DNA of 64,000 bases from Candidatus Hydrogenedentota bacterium. Lineage in GTDB: Bacteria > Hydrogenedentota > Hydrogenedentia > Hydrogenedentales > SLHB01. A model generated the notes under the pieces. That model worked only from the letters and a program-made list of their open reading frames with translations. It had not been told where the DNA came from and did no database searches. Positions 40,474 through 49,434 of this stretch are shown piece by piece. The stretch covers positions 32,001 to 96,000 of the forward strand of contig CAXXTH010000009.1 in assembly GCA_963668025.2 (NCBI GenBank), in the 5' to 3' direction. Positions within the stretch are counted from its first letter, which is position 1. Each line of letters begins with the position of its first letter. The translations under genes were made by a program, and so were the position numbers.

Positions 40474-40703
40474 GCAAAAAAAACCGCCCCCAGACAATGG
40501 TAGATCGTCAAATCATCTAGTCAAAGGCTAAACTTCAGGGACCGGCGCCCTCGCCGGTCATTCTTTAGCACTTGGCTAAAATGTTACCTATTCTCTTTCC
40601 CGACACGTTTCTTGCCCAGCTCTGATACCTTCCATTACACTGGATGCGCGGCATTCATCTTATGCCTATGGCCTATTGACGAAAATACTGTAGTGGAGAA
40701 TGT

Positions 40704-41192
40704 ATGCTGAGTTTCAGCGATATGCAGAATATTTTCCGCGGCACGCGGATTGTGCGAAAACCCACCTATGGCATCGTGAGCGGATATCATGAAGTGCCAT
40801 ATGTCTGCCTGGGCGAATCCTTCGAGACGGGGCGCGCCACCACGCGCGTGCGCGGCAAAGTGCAGGTATCGCCCCGTTTCATCGTGCGGCCGCAGCATTG
40901 CGAGCCCCGATACGAGGAGATTTTCGGGGAGGATAATGTGGATGTGCAGCTTGCGGGGCGCGTGTTCGGATTCCTTGGTTTCCGCGAACGCCCCGTTGAA
41001 TGCAAATCAGAGCACCTTGAAATCCAGCATCTAGCGGAAGGCATAGACCACGTCTTAAGCCAAGTGCTCGATGAAATCGAGCGTATGGAAGATATCACCA
41101 TGGGCGTCATCATCACGCCGGACAGCCGTTATTATCCGCTTTCCGTCGAACGGTTCATTTCAAGCATTCTCGAAGACGAGTTTTCTGTTTGA
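40704..41192 (+). CDS. Hypothetical protein
   Basis: 162-aa ORF with GGAG RBS and protein-like composition. Confidence 0.7.
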   Translation: MLSFSDMQNIFRGTRIVRKPTYGIVSGYHEVPYVCLGESFETGRATTRVRGKVQVSPRFIVRPQHCEPRYEEIFGEDNVDVQLAGRVFGFLGFRERPVECKSEHLEIQHLAEGIDHVLSQVLDEIERMEDITMGVIITPDSRYYPLSVERFISSILEDEFSV

Positions 41193-41273
41193 ATCAAGAT
41201 TTGTTAAGCGAGGCATGGTTGAAACTATTTTTTTAACCGCGAATGGACGCGAATAAACGCCAATAAATCATCA

Positions 41274-41295
41274 GTAGGGTGGGGCTTGCCCCACC
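41274..41295 (+). repeat. REP family A copy
   Basis: GTAGGGTGGGGCTTGCCCCACC. Confidence 0.9.
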
Positions 41296-41475
41296 GTTCA
41301 AGAGAGGAGCCCATCAAAATATCCGGCAAGGATTATAAGACGTAACGAATAGATATGCTTTGGTTTACACGACAAGTCTTCTAAAGAAAATAAAAGTTTG
41401 GTTGTTAGCAGTACGGATTGCAGAAGAAAGATCGCGCATCACAGCTAAACCCTCCAGGGGAAGGAAACGCATTTT

Positions 41476-41745
41476 ATGAAAAGCGCATTTGAACTCGCCA
41501 TGGAGCGGCTCGAAAAAGACAGCGGGCCTACCCGGAAACTCACGGACGGGCAAAAGGCCCGTATCGCGGAAATCGACAAGAAGTACGATGCGAAGGCCGC
41601 CGAGGCGCGCCTCGATTATGACAACTGCCTGGCTTCCGCGCCCCCTTCCGAGATGGAGTCTGTCCGCAACAAATTGGCTGAAGCGCTGGCTTCCATCGAA
41701 GACAGCCGGGAACGGGATAAAGAACGCGTTTGGAATGAAGATTAA
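41476..41745 (+). CDS. Small helical hypothetical protein
   Basis: MKSAFELAMERLEK..., charged coiled-coil pattern, AAGGA RBS. Confidence 0.7.
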   Translation: MKSAFELAMERLEKDSGPTRKLTDGQKARIAEIDKKYDAKAAEARLDYDNCLASAPPSEMESVRNKLAEALASIEDSRERDKERVWNED

Positions 41746-41781
41746 CGCTAAGCCCTTGGCCTGCATGAGACCCATGGCGAA

Positions 41782-43188
41782 ATGCACATGCCCCGCATGA
41801 GACAGATCATATGGATTTTTCTGGCCTTGGCGCTGGCATGCGTGTTGATCGTGGCCGATTCCGCCGTCAAACGCGCCGCGCCTGGCCCGGGATTCTGTCC
41901 AAAGACCGCCGTCTGGATTGTTTCGGCGGAGGATCTCCCCTCGTTTTGGAAAGGTGTCGAGCAGTCGCCCGCATATAATGCGGTGCTCGAGGAAGTATCC
42001 AATCCGCTGCAAGGCATCGAATTAAAGGCGCGGATAAAGACCGGCATTCGTCCTACTCCGTTGCGGTGGCGGATTTGGCTCGGCCATCCATTTCTGGCCG
42101 CCCAAGCCCAGGAAGGCCGGGGGATATGTGTATATCCCGGCCTGCTCTTGCGCGCCGTCGATGGGCTTTGGCGCGTTATGGCCCGTAAGGAAAGCGCTGG
42201 CGGCGTCGCTGAATATGGCGAATTCTATTACGCCTGGCGCGATGGCTTCCTCATTGCATCTCCTTCCCGTGAATATGTCCAAGCTTCGCTGCGCGATTTG
42301 CCGCCCGATATCGAAAAAGACGCCCAGCATCCGGGTGGCTTGCTTGTGCAATGGCGCGGCCAGCATGAAGGATTTCTCCGTATATGGGACGAAGAAGGTT
42401 TGCCGGTGGATGGGCGGTTGAAGGCATCCATCACCCGGCGGCCCATGCCGCTTACATTGGCGGAAGCGTGGCCCGGCGCGGCTCCGTTATCCATCACCGC
42501 ATCAAAGTGGAGCGATATCGCCGCACTTGCGGCGCTTCCCCGCGAAGCCTTATCGCATACGGAGTGCTGGCCTGCCGCCGAGTCCGCTATTGCCGAGGTT
42601 ATCGCGCAATGGGGGCTGGGCGCATTGCCGACCGGCTGGGATCAACCCGTGGATCAGTGCAGCCTCGCTTTTTATGGTTTCGCCAAAGCACAATTGCCGT
42701 TTCCCGAATGGGCGCTTGCCTTGCGCCCGGCCCGAGCTATCGCCATCTCGCATCCCCTCGAACCGCTCATCGCACCGCTGCCCGGAATCCCCTTCGAATG
42801 GGAAGGCCAGCCCGGCCGCGCCGCTCCCATACTGGGTGAAGCATTTACGTTGTGCATCGGACAGTATAATCGCGACTGGTACGCCGCCAGCAGCCAGGCC
42901 GCCATGGCGCGCATAGTGGGCCATATGGGAGACAGCATCGCCACCGTGGCGGGAGCAGCCGTGCGGCTTGATTGGAAAGCATCTGGGGAAATCGCGGAAA
43001 AACTCCTCGCGCAAGCGGGAGAATATGAACTCATTCGCGGCATGAATGGCGACGATGTGCAGCAGACGATTCTGCCTTGGGCGCGCGCGGCGGCGCGCCT
43101 GGGAAGGCTCGAACTGAATGGACAGCCAGAAGGCGAATGGCTTCTCTTCAGCGGTTATCTGGCCCGGGGGGCGTCTGCTCATGACTAG
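41782..43188 (+). CDS. Hypothetical exported or membrane-anchored protein
   Basis: N-terminal hydrophobic helix; overlaps the next gene; start uncertain (41782-41797). Confidence 0.65.
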   Translation: MHMPRMRQIIWIFLALALACVLIVADSAVKRAAPGPGFCPKTAVWIVSAEDLPSFWKGVEQSPAYNAVLEEVSNPLQGIELKARIKTGIRPTPLRWRIWLGHPFLAAQAQEGRGICVYPGLLLRAVDGLWRVMARKESAGGVAEYGEFYYAWRDGFLIASPSREYVQASLRDLPPDIEKDAQHPGGLLVQWRGQHEGFLRIWDEEGLPVDGRLKASITRRPMPLTLAEAWPGAAPLSITASKWSDIAALAALPREALSHTECWPAAESAIAEVIAQWGLGALPTGWDQPVDQCSLAFYGFAKAQLPFPEWALALRPARAIAISHPLEPLIAPLPGIPFEWEGQPGRAAPILGEAFTLCIGQYNRDWYAASSQAAMARIVGHMGDSIATVAGAAVRLDWKASGEIAEKLLAQAGEYELIRGMNGDDVQQTILPWARAAARLGRLELNGQPEGEWLLFSGYLARGASAHD

Positions 43189-45148
43189 GCTCGTGCATAT
43201 AGCAGCGGTCTTGCTGGTGATGGCTGCGCCGGCCGGCGCAATGGAAGGGCTCTTTGCTTCCAAGGCGGGCCTAAGCCCTTCGGATTGCGCGGGCTGGACG
43301 GGCAACGGCGGCTTAACCGTGGCGGCTACTCCCCAAGGCCGCATCACCTCGCTGCGATGGCCGAGCCCGGGATATTATGAACAATTATCGACTACGGAGA
43401 ATTCTAAAACATCCGCTTGCGGGGCCATGTGGGGCGTGCCTATTGATGGCGCAATCCGCTGGCTCAGCGAACCGGCCTGGCAAGCCGAAGCTCCTGCACC
43501 TAGTGAAAATGTGTTGCCCGTCCTCGATACGTGCGCCGTATTGGAAACGGGAATTCGTGTGCGGCAGCGCCTATTTGTCCATCCCGAGCGCGATTTGCTT
43601 GTGGTCCAATTGGATATCGAGAACGCCCCTCCTATCGGCCATGTGTATTGGTACGCCAATTTTTCGCCATGCACCCGCCTGGTTCCGGAATGGCCCGTGG
43701 CGGATTGGCTGTTGGATGGGCGGAACGATTTCGCCTGTTTCTCAACGGAAGATGGACAAGCCATCGTCCATTTCCGCCCGGCGCGGCCCGGCGTGGGCGA
43801 ATGGCAAGCCGCGCGAAGCAACGTCGAAGGGCGCGGAAAAGGATGGGGCGCGTTCCGCGATGGCGTGTATATCGCCTATGCCAGCCTGGAGCCGGTCGAA
43901 AATCTCCAATGCGGTGTTGAAAACACGGACTCCTCGGCGTATGTGCAAGCAAGGCGCGGCCTTCTCGATGGAAACCGCGCCGCCGTGGGCGCATGCGATT
44001 CCGCCCTTGCCATCACTCCCAGACAGGAAGGCGGCGTCCAGCGCGCCACCGTATTGGTGGCATGTGCTGAATCGCTCGATGACGTTATGGATACCCTTGC
44101 ATTCGGGCGGGACCAAGGGCCAAGCGCTTTATTGGACGCCACTAAAACCTATTGGAGCGATTGGCTGGCTTCGACACCTAAAGCAGCGAATCCAGAATTC
44201 ACCCGAGTGAAAGAACGCTGCCTATTGGCTATTGCGCAAGCCATGGACCGGCGGACGGGAGCCATCGTGGATGCGCCTGCCAAGGCCTCGATAAGCGCCA
44301 TTGATATGCCACGCAATGGCGCGTGGGCTACCCTCGCCCTGGAACGGGCGGGGAAGCATGAACTCGCCACGCGGCATATCCAGTTCTATGCCTCCGCTCT
44401 GCGCCGTTCCCCGGCTCCGGGCCGACCTGCGGGTACGCTGCCTGCTGGGCTTTACGCCAATGGCGTCGAAGGGCTCCCATCCGCCATTTTAGACATGGAG
44501 GGAGCCGCTTGGATGCTCTGGTTGTTCCAGTCCCACGGCGAATGCCTCGAACAGGAAAAACAAACCGAATTCTTACGCGGCATGTGGGAAGCCGTGGATT
44601 TGGCGGCGGAGTGTATCGTGGCTTGGGATGAACCCCGCACGGGGGAGCCGCCTCCCAGCTTTGATCCCCGCTTGCTGCGGGATTCCAGCCGCCCGGATAG
44701 ATTCTTCGCCTTGCGTATGGGGTTGGATAGCGCGGTGCGAATCGCTTCGCTTCTGGGCGAAGAACGGCCAGGCTGGACCCAGCGGCGTGATGAACTCGAT
44801 ATGCTTATTCAACGTGATTTCATTTCGTCTGATGAAAAATGGCCCACCTCGGCTTCCGCCATGCTCTGGCCGGCGGCGCTGTACCCTCCCGATGACCCGC
44901 GCTGGTGGGACGCCATCGTCAGCCGCATGAAGAACCTGCATGCATATGGGCCGGTGGAGCGCCTTGAACGGTTATGCGACGCCTTGTTTATGAGTCAAAA
45001 CGAATCCGAACAATATGTATCGTTGCCTCAATTTATTCTGAATGAAGTTGCCCGGTATCCGTCTCGCGCCCCTCTGAGCACGCACGAAGCCGCGCTGCTC
45101 TATCTGCTCTTGGATAAAGGCTTCAGCCCGCACCCGCCTGCTCCGTGA
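43181..45148 (+). CDS. Exported GH15-like (six-hairpin glycosidase-like) protein
   Basis: GNGGLTVA...GRITSLRWPSPG, YWSDWL, TGAIVDAP, PRNGAW resemble a degenerate GH15 GAIxAs/WxRD layout. Confidence 0.55.
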   Translation: MTRLVHIAAVLLVMAAPAGAMEGLFASKAGLSPSDCAGWTGNGGLTVAATPQGRITSLRWPSPGYYEQLSTTENSKTSACGAMWGVPIDGAIRWLSEPAWQAEAPAPSENVLPVLDTCAVLETGIRVRQRLFVHPERDLLVVQLDIENAPPIGHVYWYANFSPCTRLVPEWPVADWLLDGRNDFACFSTEDGQAIVHFRPARPGVGEWQAARSNVEGRGKGWGAFRDGVYIAYASLEPVENLQCGVENTDSSAYVQARRGLLDGNRAAVGACDSALAITPRQEGGVQRATVLVACAESLDDVMDTLAFGRDQGPSALLDATKTYWSDWLASTPKAANPEFTRVKERCLLAIAQAMDRRTGAIVDAPAKASISAIDMPRNGAWATLALERAGKHELATRHIQFYASALRRSPAPGRPAGTLPAGLYANGVEGLPSAILDMEGAAWMLWLFQSHGECLEQEKQTEFLRGMWEAVDLAAECIVAWDEPRTGEPPPSFDPRLLRDSSRPDRFFALRMGLDSAVRIASLLGEERPGWTQRRDELDMLIQRDFISSDEKWPTSASAMLWPAALYPPDDPRWWDAIVSRMKNLHAYGPVERLERLCDALFMSQNESEQYVSLPQFILNEVARYPSRAPLSTHEAALLYLLLDKGFSPHPPAP

Positions 45149-46538
45149 TTGTGGCGGAAGCAGGCGCGGCATCAAATTGGCTTTCATATACATGGCGGCC
45201 ATGGGCGTCCGAAAAAACCAGCTTCAAGGCATCAAACGCGCCCCGGTTATCCAGGAGGGCGAATGCGTTTGCGCTGAAGGAAGCAGCCAGCCCAGGCCCT
45301 ACGCTGAACTCCTCCTCGCCTTGAAGCGTATTTCCCGGCAAAGTCCAAACTGGCCCGGGTTCCGGCAAAAGGCGAAAAACAGGCTCTGTTCGCCCTTTAA
45401 CATATATAGATACATAATATGTTTGAGTGGCTGCTGGCCCATCCGTGGACGTGGAGAAGGATGGCGGCGTGAGGCGCACCAGCGCTGGCATCCGCGTCCG
45501 GTTCGCGCAGGTGATCTCGATGCGCCCATCATCCCGCCCCGACAAGGCGGCGCGAAAGGCCATGCCGCCGCCGGGCAGAAGCGAAGCCGCCCAGGCGGCA
45601 AGAAAAAAAACGCCCAGTATAGTGCCGCCTACAACGAATACCTCCCGCCAGGTGGACTCAGCGCGCCCTAGAATCAAATCCCTCCGCCACGATGCGCACA
45701 TGATGATCGCCAGCCCGGCTAGGCCATAGGCCCACAGTCCCACGCCTGTTGCATGCATCCATTGTGAAAGGCCCGGGGCTGCGCCGCTTCGCAAGAGAAG
45801 CAGCGCCAGCGGAGTGGCGCCCGCCGCCGCCATGCCGCATCCGGCCAAAAGCAGCCCCCATGCGGTCGCGAGCCAGGGGAGGCGCATGAGCGCTAGGCCT
45901 AGCGCGGCCAGCGGCATCAATAATGCCGCCACCCATAGGGCGTTCAATGTATCCGGAACAGGATCCGTGATGGCCCCGGCGGCAGCCAGCGGGCGGCCAA
46001 TATGGATAAGCGAGCCGCTTTCTCCCGCCGCATGCAGCCAAGGCAGCGAGATGGCAATGAGCGCGATAGCGCAAGAGGCGATTACCGCGAACCAATACGC
46101 AGGGGGCGGATCCACGCGCGGCGTGCGCAGCTTTCGGGCGTACGCTTCCAAAGGCAGGTCGATGAATCCGCCAAGGTCCGCCGATGCTCGTGCATTGAAC
46201 GCCTCACGCATGCCTACTTGAACATAGGTGGCGCTGGCGGCCATTCGGGAAAGGGTGCGATGCCGCTCATTAATGCGCTCTGGCGCCATCCGGCTGCTCG
46301 ACGCTTTCTGATGCAATTGGGCGATCCGGGCGTTCAAGCCGCGCAGCCGGCTTTCGGCGCGCGAAGCGATCCGGGCGGCTTCCGTGCGCAAGCATTCCAC
46401 GGTCCGCGCCGCTTGCGTTGCATGCCGTCCAAGCGCGGCCTCACCTGGATGGGCGGTGCTCTCCGACAACGCTTTTTCCCGGTACGAAAAAGCGCCGCGC
46501 AAACGCTCTCGAAACAACGCTATCTCATCTTGCTCCAT
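45123..46538 (-). CDS. Hypothetical membrane protein
   Basis: N-terminal coiled coil, about five TM segments, C-terminal soluble domain. Confidence 0.6.
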   Translation of the reverse strand: MEQDEIALFRERLRGAFSYREKALSESTAHPGEAALGRHATQAARTVECLRTEAARIASRAESRLRGLNARIAQLHQKASSSRMAPERINERHRTLSRMAASATYVQVGMREAFNARASADLGGFIDLPLEAYARKLRTPRVDPPPAYWFAVIASCAIALIAISLPWLHAAGESGSLIHIGRPLAAAGAITDPVPDTLNALWVAALLMPLAALGLALMRLPWLATAWGLLLAGCGMAAAGATPLALLLLRSGAAPGLSQWMHATGVGLWAYGLAGLAIIMCASWRRDLILGRAESTWREVFVVGGTILGVFFLAAWAASLLPGGGMAFRAALSGRDDGRIEITCANRTRMPALVRLTPPSFSTSTDGPAATQTYYVSIYVKGRTEPVFRLLPEPGPVWTLPGNTLQGEEEFSVGPGLAASFSANAFALLDNRGAFDALKLVFSDAHGRHVYESQFDAAPASATITEQAGAG

Positions 46539-46640
46539 GCCCGTAGTCTATATCGCCACAAGGCGGCGCGCAACCCGCCGGGATACGGGAGGAACGTATA
46601 TAAAAGATGGGAATCATCATCTAACCGAAAGAGCAGGCAA

Positions 46641-46918
46641 AGGCCCCAAAAGGCGCAAGAATCCACAGCAATATCCTTTACCGCACCGCGAATGGACGCG
46701 AATAAATCTTTCTAAATGTGTTGCATCCGTAGCATGGGCGTCTCGCCCATGTGATGAGTAAGATTCAAGCAAAACGCCATGTAAAGAGCCAAGATATGCA
46801 ACTATTATGTGATGTGATGTGATTGGATTTGTATTGGGAATCTTTGTAAGAAAACAACGTTTTGCCAGAAAGTAGCACAAGGAAATCCTTCTTGTGCCTT
46901 CTTGCGCCTTTTGTGGCA
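46641..46918. repeat. Nested repeat: GCCACAAAAGG-family arms enclosing a REP family B unit (REP at 46729-46751)
   Basis: GGCCCCAAAAGGCGCAAGAA...TTCTTGCGCCTTTTGTGGC around GTAGCATGGGCGTCTCGCCCATG. Confidence 0.75.
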
Positions 46919-46945
46919 GGTTATTCTCATATAGACTGTTGCTGC

Positions 46946-47650
46946 TTAATGCCGTTTTTCCATGTAGGGACGCAATTGTTCCGCCCAAAGGGCGCATCCC
47001 TTTGCATTGGGATGAACGCCATCGTCCGCGAGTTCAGGGCGCATTTCTCCGCTGGCGTCGCGGAAGGCGGCATGGGTGTCGACGAAATGGAAGCGGTATT
47101 CCTTCGCCAGTTTTCGCAGTAAATCATTTACCTGGACAATGAGCGGATTTGCCGCCGCATAGGTTCCACGGATGGGCATAATGCTTTGAATGTACACATC
47201 GCACTTCGGGCAGTGGTGTTTGATATTGCTGAATAAGTAGCGGTATTGCCGCTCGAATTCATCCATCGGCATGTCTTGCGGGAAAAGCGCCGCGTCGTTG
47301 ACCCCGATGAGCAGGAAAAGCTTGGCGGGGTCCAATTGGTAAATGGATTCTTCTTGCCGCAAGATCACGCCGATAAGGCGGTCGCCGCTGATCCCCCGGT
47401 TGGTGATATCCGCGCCGGGAAAATAATGGCCCGCGTCGAAGCCTTGCGTGATGGAGTCGCCCACCATGACGATGCCGTGTTTTGGGCGGCTGGGATTCTC
47501 CGCCGCGAATGCGGCCACGCGTTCGAGATAGAATTCGCCCATCTGGGCGCGGTCCATGGTGCTGTAGTCCTTCATCGGTTTTTCCTGTTCATGTGTGGCG
47601 CAACCGATGAATGGAAGCGCCACCAAAACTGCGCATATCAAACGCATCAT
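46946..47650 (-). CDS. SGNH/GDSL hydrolase, probable lipoprotein
   Basis: GDSIT, NRGISGD, IGVND, DGVHP blocks; FIGC lipobox-like segment. Confidence 0.92.
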   Translation of the reverse strand: MMRLICAVLVALPFIGCATHEQEKPMKDYSTMDRAQMGEFYLERVAAFAAENPSRPKHGIVMVGDSITQGFDAGHYFPGADITNRGISGDRLIGVILRQEESIYQLDPAKLFLLIGVNDAALFPQDMPMDEFERQYRYLFSNIKHHCPKCDVYIQSIMPIRGTYAAANPLIVQVNDLLRKLAKEYRFHFVDTHAAFRDASGEMRPELADDGVHPNAKGCALWAEQLRPYMEKRH

Positions 47651-47651
47651 C

Positions 47652-48998
47652 TCACAACACCTCCGGCAGCAGTTGGGACACGGCGGCCACGATCATCTCG
47701 CCAGCGTCCGGGACAAGCTGGCTCGAGCGCCCTACCCGGGTCTCATAGCCACCGCCTTGAAACGCTTTTCTCGTGGGAACATAGCCAAACGAGCCATTCG
47801 CCAGTTCGCAGATGAACACCCGTTTTCCAACAGCGCGGACGGCTTCTATAATCTCTTGGCCAAATTCGGAGAACAATTCGACGGGAAATCCTACGATCAC
47901 GATTTCACCGAAACGTAACACCTGTACTTCCACATCGGAATACGGGCGCGTGGCGCGCAGTTCGGCGATATGCAGAAATTCCTGGGCGCACACCTTTTCT
48001 TTCCGTGGACTAGGCCGCAGGGTGCCCTTTGAGAATATCCATTGGGAAGGTTCGCCTCCCGCCAGCACTTTCCTGGCCAGCTCGGCCTCTTCCTGTGAGA
48101 CATACTTGATCGGGATGGTCAACACTTTGGAGGCGGCCCGAATGGAGCCATCTGAGCAAGGAGCCGCCGAGGCTATCGCCTGTTGGGCGGCTTTGCCCAA
48201 TTCCGTGCCGATCAGCCGGGCGCGTTCTGGACTATGCGCAATCCTATCGACAAAGGGCGTTTTTGAGTCGGTGTTGCCGCACGGGCCATTCAGGAAAACG
48301 ACATGCAGATTGGGTGATACCGTTTCCCGCAGGTGGGTGGCAAAATAGCCCGGATAATCGGCGTCGATGCGGTCGCCCCGCACATTCGTGGGATGCAGGG
48401 CGTAATTCGCCACTATGCCAATGGACTTTCCTTCGCGGTTTTCCACCACGAGCACGCATAATTCAGGATCAGCCACGCCCTCGCGTGCGGCGACATCCGC
48501 CATGTCTTCCGCCGTGACATGGGTATGGGTCGTGCCATCTTTCATAATCAATCGGCGGTTGGTGACGATGCGGGATTCCTGGGCGGTTCCAAAGCGGAGC
48601 GCCGCCGGTTCGAGCGCATCGAGCGCGGCTCCCACGGCCTCCATCACGCCCGCATGAAACCGCTCCATATACTCGGGCGATGGTTTCGCATCAAACAACT
48701 CGGCGGTCGCAGGGCCCGTGTGGTTGTGGGTGGCGGCAATGAGCACTTGTTGAGGCGGAATGCCGTATTTGCCTTCAATACCGCGCCTTATTTGGCTGGC
48801 CGTTGCGTCTGTTATAAAAAGCACATCACAACTGGCCAGCACCAGCGTTGTTCCATCGGCATCACGAAAGGCTACGGCATGCGCCCCTAGCGGGGTGATG
48901 ATTTCTTTAACCTCGTGAGGTTCGAAATAGCCCGCCATCGGGACGCCAAATGCAGGGGTAATATCCGCTTCACCAAAACCTGCGCAAAACGTATTCAT
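47652..48998 (-). CDS. Neutral/alkaline ceramidase-like amidohydrolase
   Basis: ADITP, MAGY, ATHNHTGP, NYALHP, ADYPG, GYVPT...GGYE motifs. Confidence 0.8.
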   Translation of the reverse strand: MNTFCAGFGEADITPAFGVPMAGYFEPHEVKEIITPLGAHAVAFRDADGTTLVLASCDVLFITDATASQIRRGIEGKYGIPPQQVLIAATHNHTGPATAELFDAKPSPEYMERFHAGVMEAVGAALDALEPAALRFGTAQESRIVTNRRLIMKDGTTHTHVTAEDMADVAAREGVADPELCVLVVENREGKSIGIVANYALHPTNVRGDRIDADYPGYFATHLRETVSPNLHVVFLNGPCGNTDSKTPFVDRIAHSPERARLIGTELGKAAQQAIASAAPCSDGSIRAASKVLTIPIKYVSQEEAELARKVLAGGEPSQWIFSKGTLRPSPRKEKVCAQEFLHIAELRATRPYSDVEVQVLRFGEIVIVGFPVELFSEFGQEIIEAVRAVGKRVFICELANGSFGYVPTRKAFQGGGYETRVGRSSQLVPDAGEMIVAAVSQLLPEVL

Positions 48999-49346
48999 TT
49001 TTCTCGCTCCATTCTGGAATGATCTTTGCGCCACTGAAGAATTCTCAAGCCTAGCCAGAATTCAACGATGTGGCGGCGTTTTAGCCTCAGAAGGCGCAAG
49101 AGGCACAGCACAAAGAACCTGCTTTTTGCGCCCTCTTGAGCTTTTTTGTGGCCATTAAATGTGTTAATCTCTTTGCCCTATTCAGTGCAATTGTACCGGC
49201 CGTTTTGATGCTTGTTTTAGGTAGTGTGCTAAACACTATCGATAAAGTATAAGCCATTCTGAAGGCAGGCGCAATATCCCCTATCTGTTTTATAATGCCG
49301 GTTTGCTTCGACACGCAAGTGCGTATTAAGGGGGCAAAGAAACCAC

Positions 49347-49375
49347 TTGACCCGCCGCGCTGTATCGATTAAGAT
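49347..49375 (+). promoter_or_regulatory. Sigma70-type promoter of the GH38 operon
   Basis: TTGACC-N17-TAAGAT, 59 nt upstream of the ATG. Confidence 0.5.
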
Positions 49376-49434
49376 AACAGGGTCGATAGTCATAACGCAA
49401 CTCAATAGGCTGCCCAAGGCAGGAGGTACTCTTT

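Larger units (their letters stand above)
38690..40539 (-). mobile_element. Insertion sequence, IS4 superfamily/IS701-like DDE, about 1.85 kb
   Basis: Terminal inverted repeats CCTGAAGTTT(G/A)GC at both ends; encloses orfA and the transposase; no target duplication visible. Confidence 0.85.

Noticed and set aside
38675-40555. Target-site duplication for the IS
   Set aside because: Flanks (...CGCCCATG and GACCGGCG...) share no direct repeat.
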